From the human T2T-CHM13v2.0 reference genome, Homo sapiens: a DNA stretch of 64,000 nt. This document shows, piece after piece, positions 62,939-64,000 of the stretch (position 1 is its first letter; each line of letters opens with the position of its first letter). A program made the translations under genes and the position numbers. The notes beneath the pieces are model-generated. The model worked only from the letters and a program-made list of their open reading frames with translations. It had not been told where the DNA came from and made no database searches. The stretch is from assembly GCF_009914755.1 (NCBI RefSeq), contig NC_060929.1; one strand, written 5' to 3'.

Positions 62939-64000
62939 TCAATGTCATAAAAACACACACACAATAAAAGGTAGGAGGACACTGTATATTAAAAGACTAA
63001 AGATGCATGAACCCTGACTGGACACTGAATTAATTTTTTAAAAACCAACCTATAAAAGATAAATGTGGACAATTGAGAAAAAATTGTGAACACAGTTTGC
63101 ATATTAGATGATGGCATGATTTTTCATTTTCTTAGGTATGATGGTATCATGGTTGTGTAGGAGAATGTCCTTATTCTCAGGAGATATGTGCTGAAGGATT
63201 TAGAGATAAGTGTCAGGATGTCTGGAACTTATTTTCATGTGGTTCAGAAAAAAAAAGTGTGTGTGTGTGTGTAGATAAAGAACAAGAGCCAGAGAAAGGT
63301 AAAAGCAAATGTGGCAAAATGGTAACAATTGGTGAATTTAGGTGAATGGTATTGACCTGTTTTTTTCCTCTTTTTTGAATATTTGAAATTTTGCAAACTA
63401 AAAAAATGAAAGAAAAAAAACCCATCGAGATTACGTCATGTCACCCCTCTTTTCAAAACCCACCAATAGCTTCTCATTTCACCCTCAGCAACACCAGTTA
63501 TTCTAAGGCTCCACAGAACCTGGCCCCTGGCTATGAGACCCTCCCTGCCACCATATCCAACACTGCACAGCCCCACCCCTGCCGACACACTCCCTATCCT
63601 TTCCTGCTTCATGTTTCTCCTTTCCTCTTATCACCATCTAACATACTCTATATTTTGCTAATTATTATGTCTCTCCCATTATAATTTAAGCCTCAGAAGG
63701 CAGAAGTTCATATCCTTTTTGTTCATTGCTGTATCCTTAGAGGCTAGAACAGCTTTGCATACAGAGGGTACTCAATAAATACCTGCTGAGTGAATGGCAG
63801 CTCCCCGCAGCCCACCCAAAATAATTAGTTGGTCCGTGTGACAAGGCCTTAGCTATGCCTGAGCCACATAGCTTCCTCTCTCCTGCCATTTTCCAAACTT
63901 CTAGCCTTCCCATGAATTCTCTGAACTTCCCAGTATCTAGCCAATAAACTCCTTTTCTGCTTAATTTAGCTGGAGTTGGTTTCTGTGGTTTCCACTCAGA

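Overview
Human genomic DNA, recognisable as the PCDH12-RNF14-GNPDA1 region of chr5q31. It holds the 5' part of PCDH12 (minus strand, coding exons 1-2), the whole RNF14 gene (plus strand, CpG-island promoter, 7 coding exons, 1425 nt, 474 aa) and the last five coding exons plus 3'UTR of GNPDA1 (minus strand). Alu, L1, MIR, L2 and DNA-transposon remnants are dense. Two things stand out. (1) A 4.26-kb composite MAST2-SVA_F1 retrotransposon with 5' AluSc and 3' AluSp+160-bp transductions and a perfect 16-bp TSD splits an old Alu about 600 bp downstream of the GNPDA1 poly(A) signal, in the same orientation as GNPDA1. It is probably a young, possibly polymorphic insertion. (2) A 55-bp inverted copy of PCDH12 coding exon 1 lies 3 kb away in intron 1. 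Its differences are all synonymous and mostly G-U compatible, so it could form an exon-intron duplex like an ADAR editing-complementary sequence. Smaller observations include a nested quasi-palindrome, uORF clusters in PCDH12 and RNF14, an old L1 3' transduction and a probable processed ERV copy. Repeat subfamily names come from recalled consensus sequences, not from a search.
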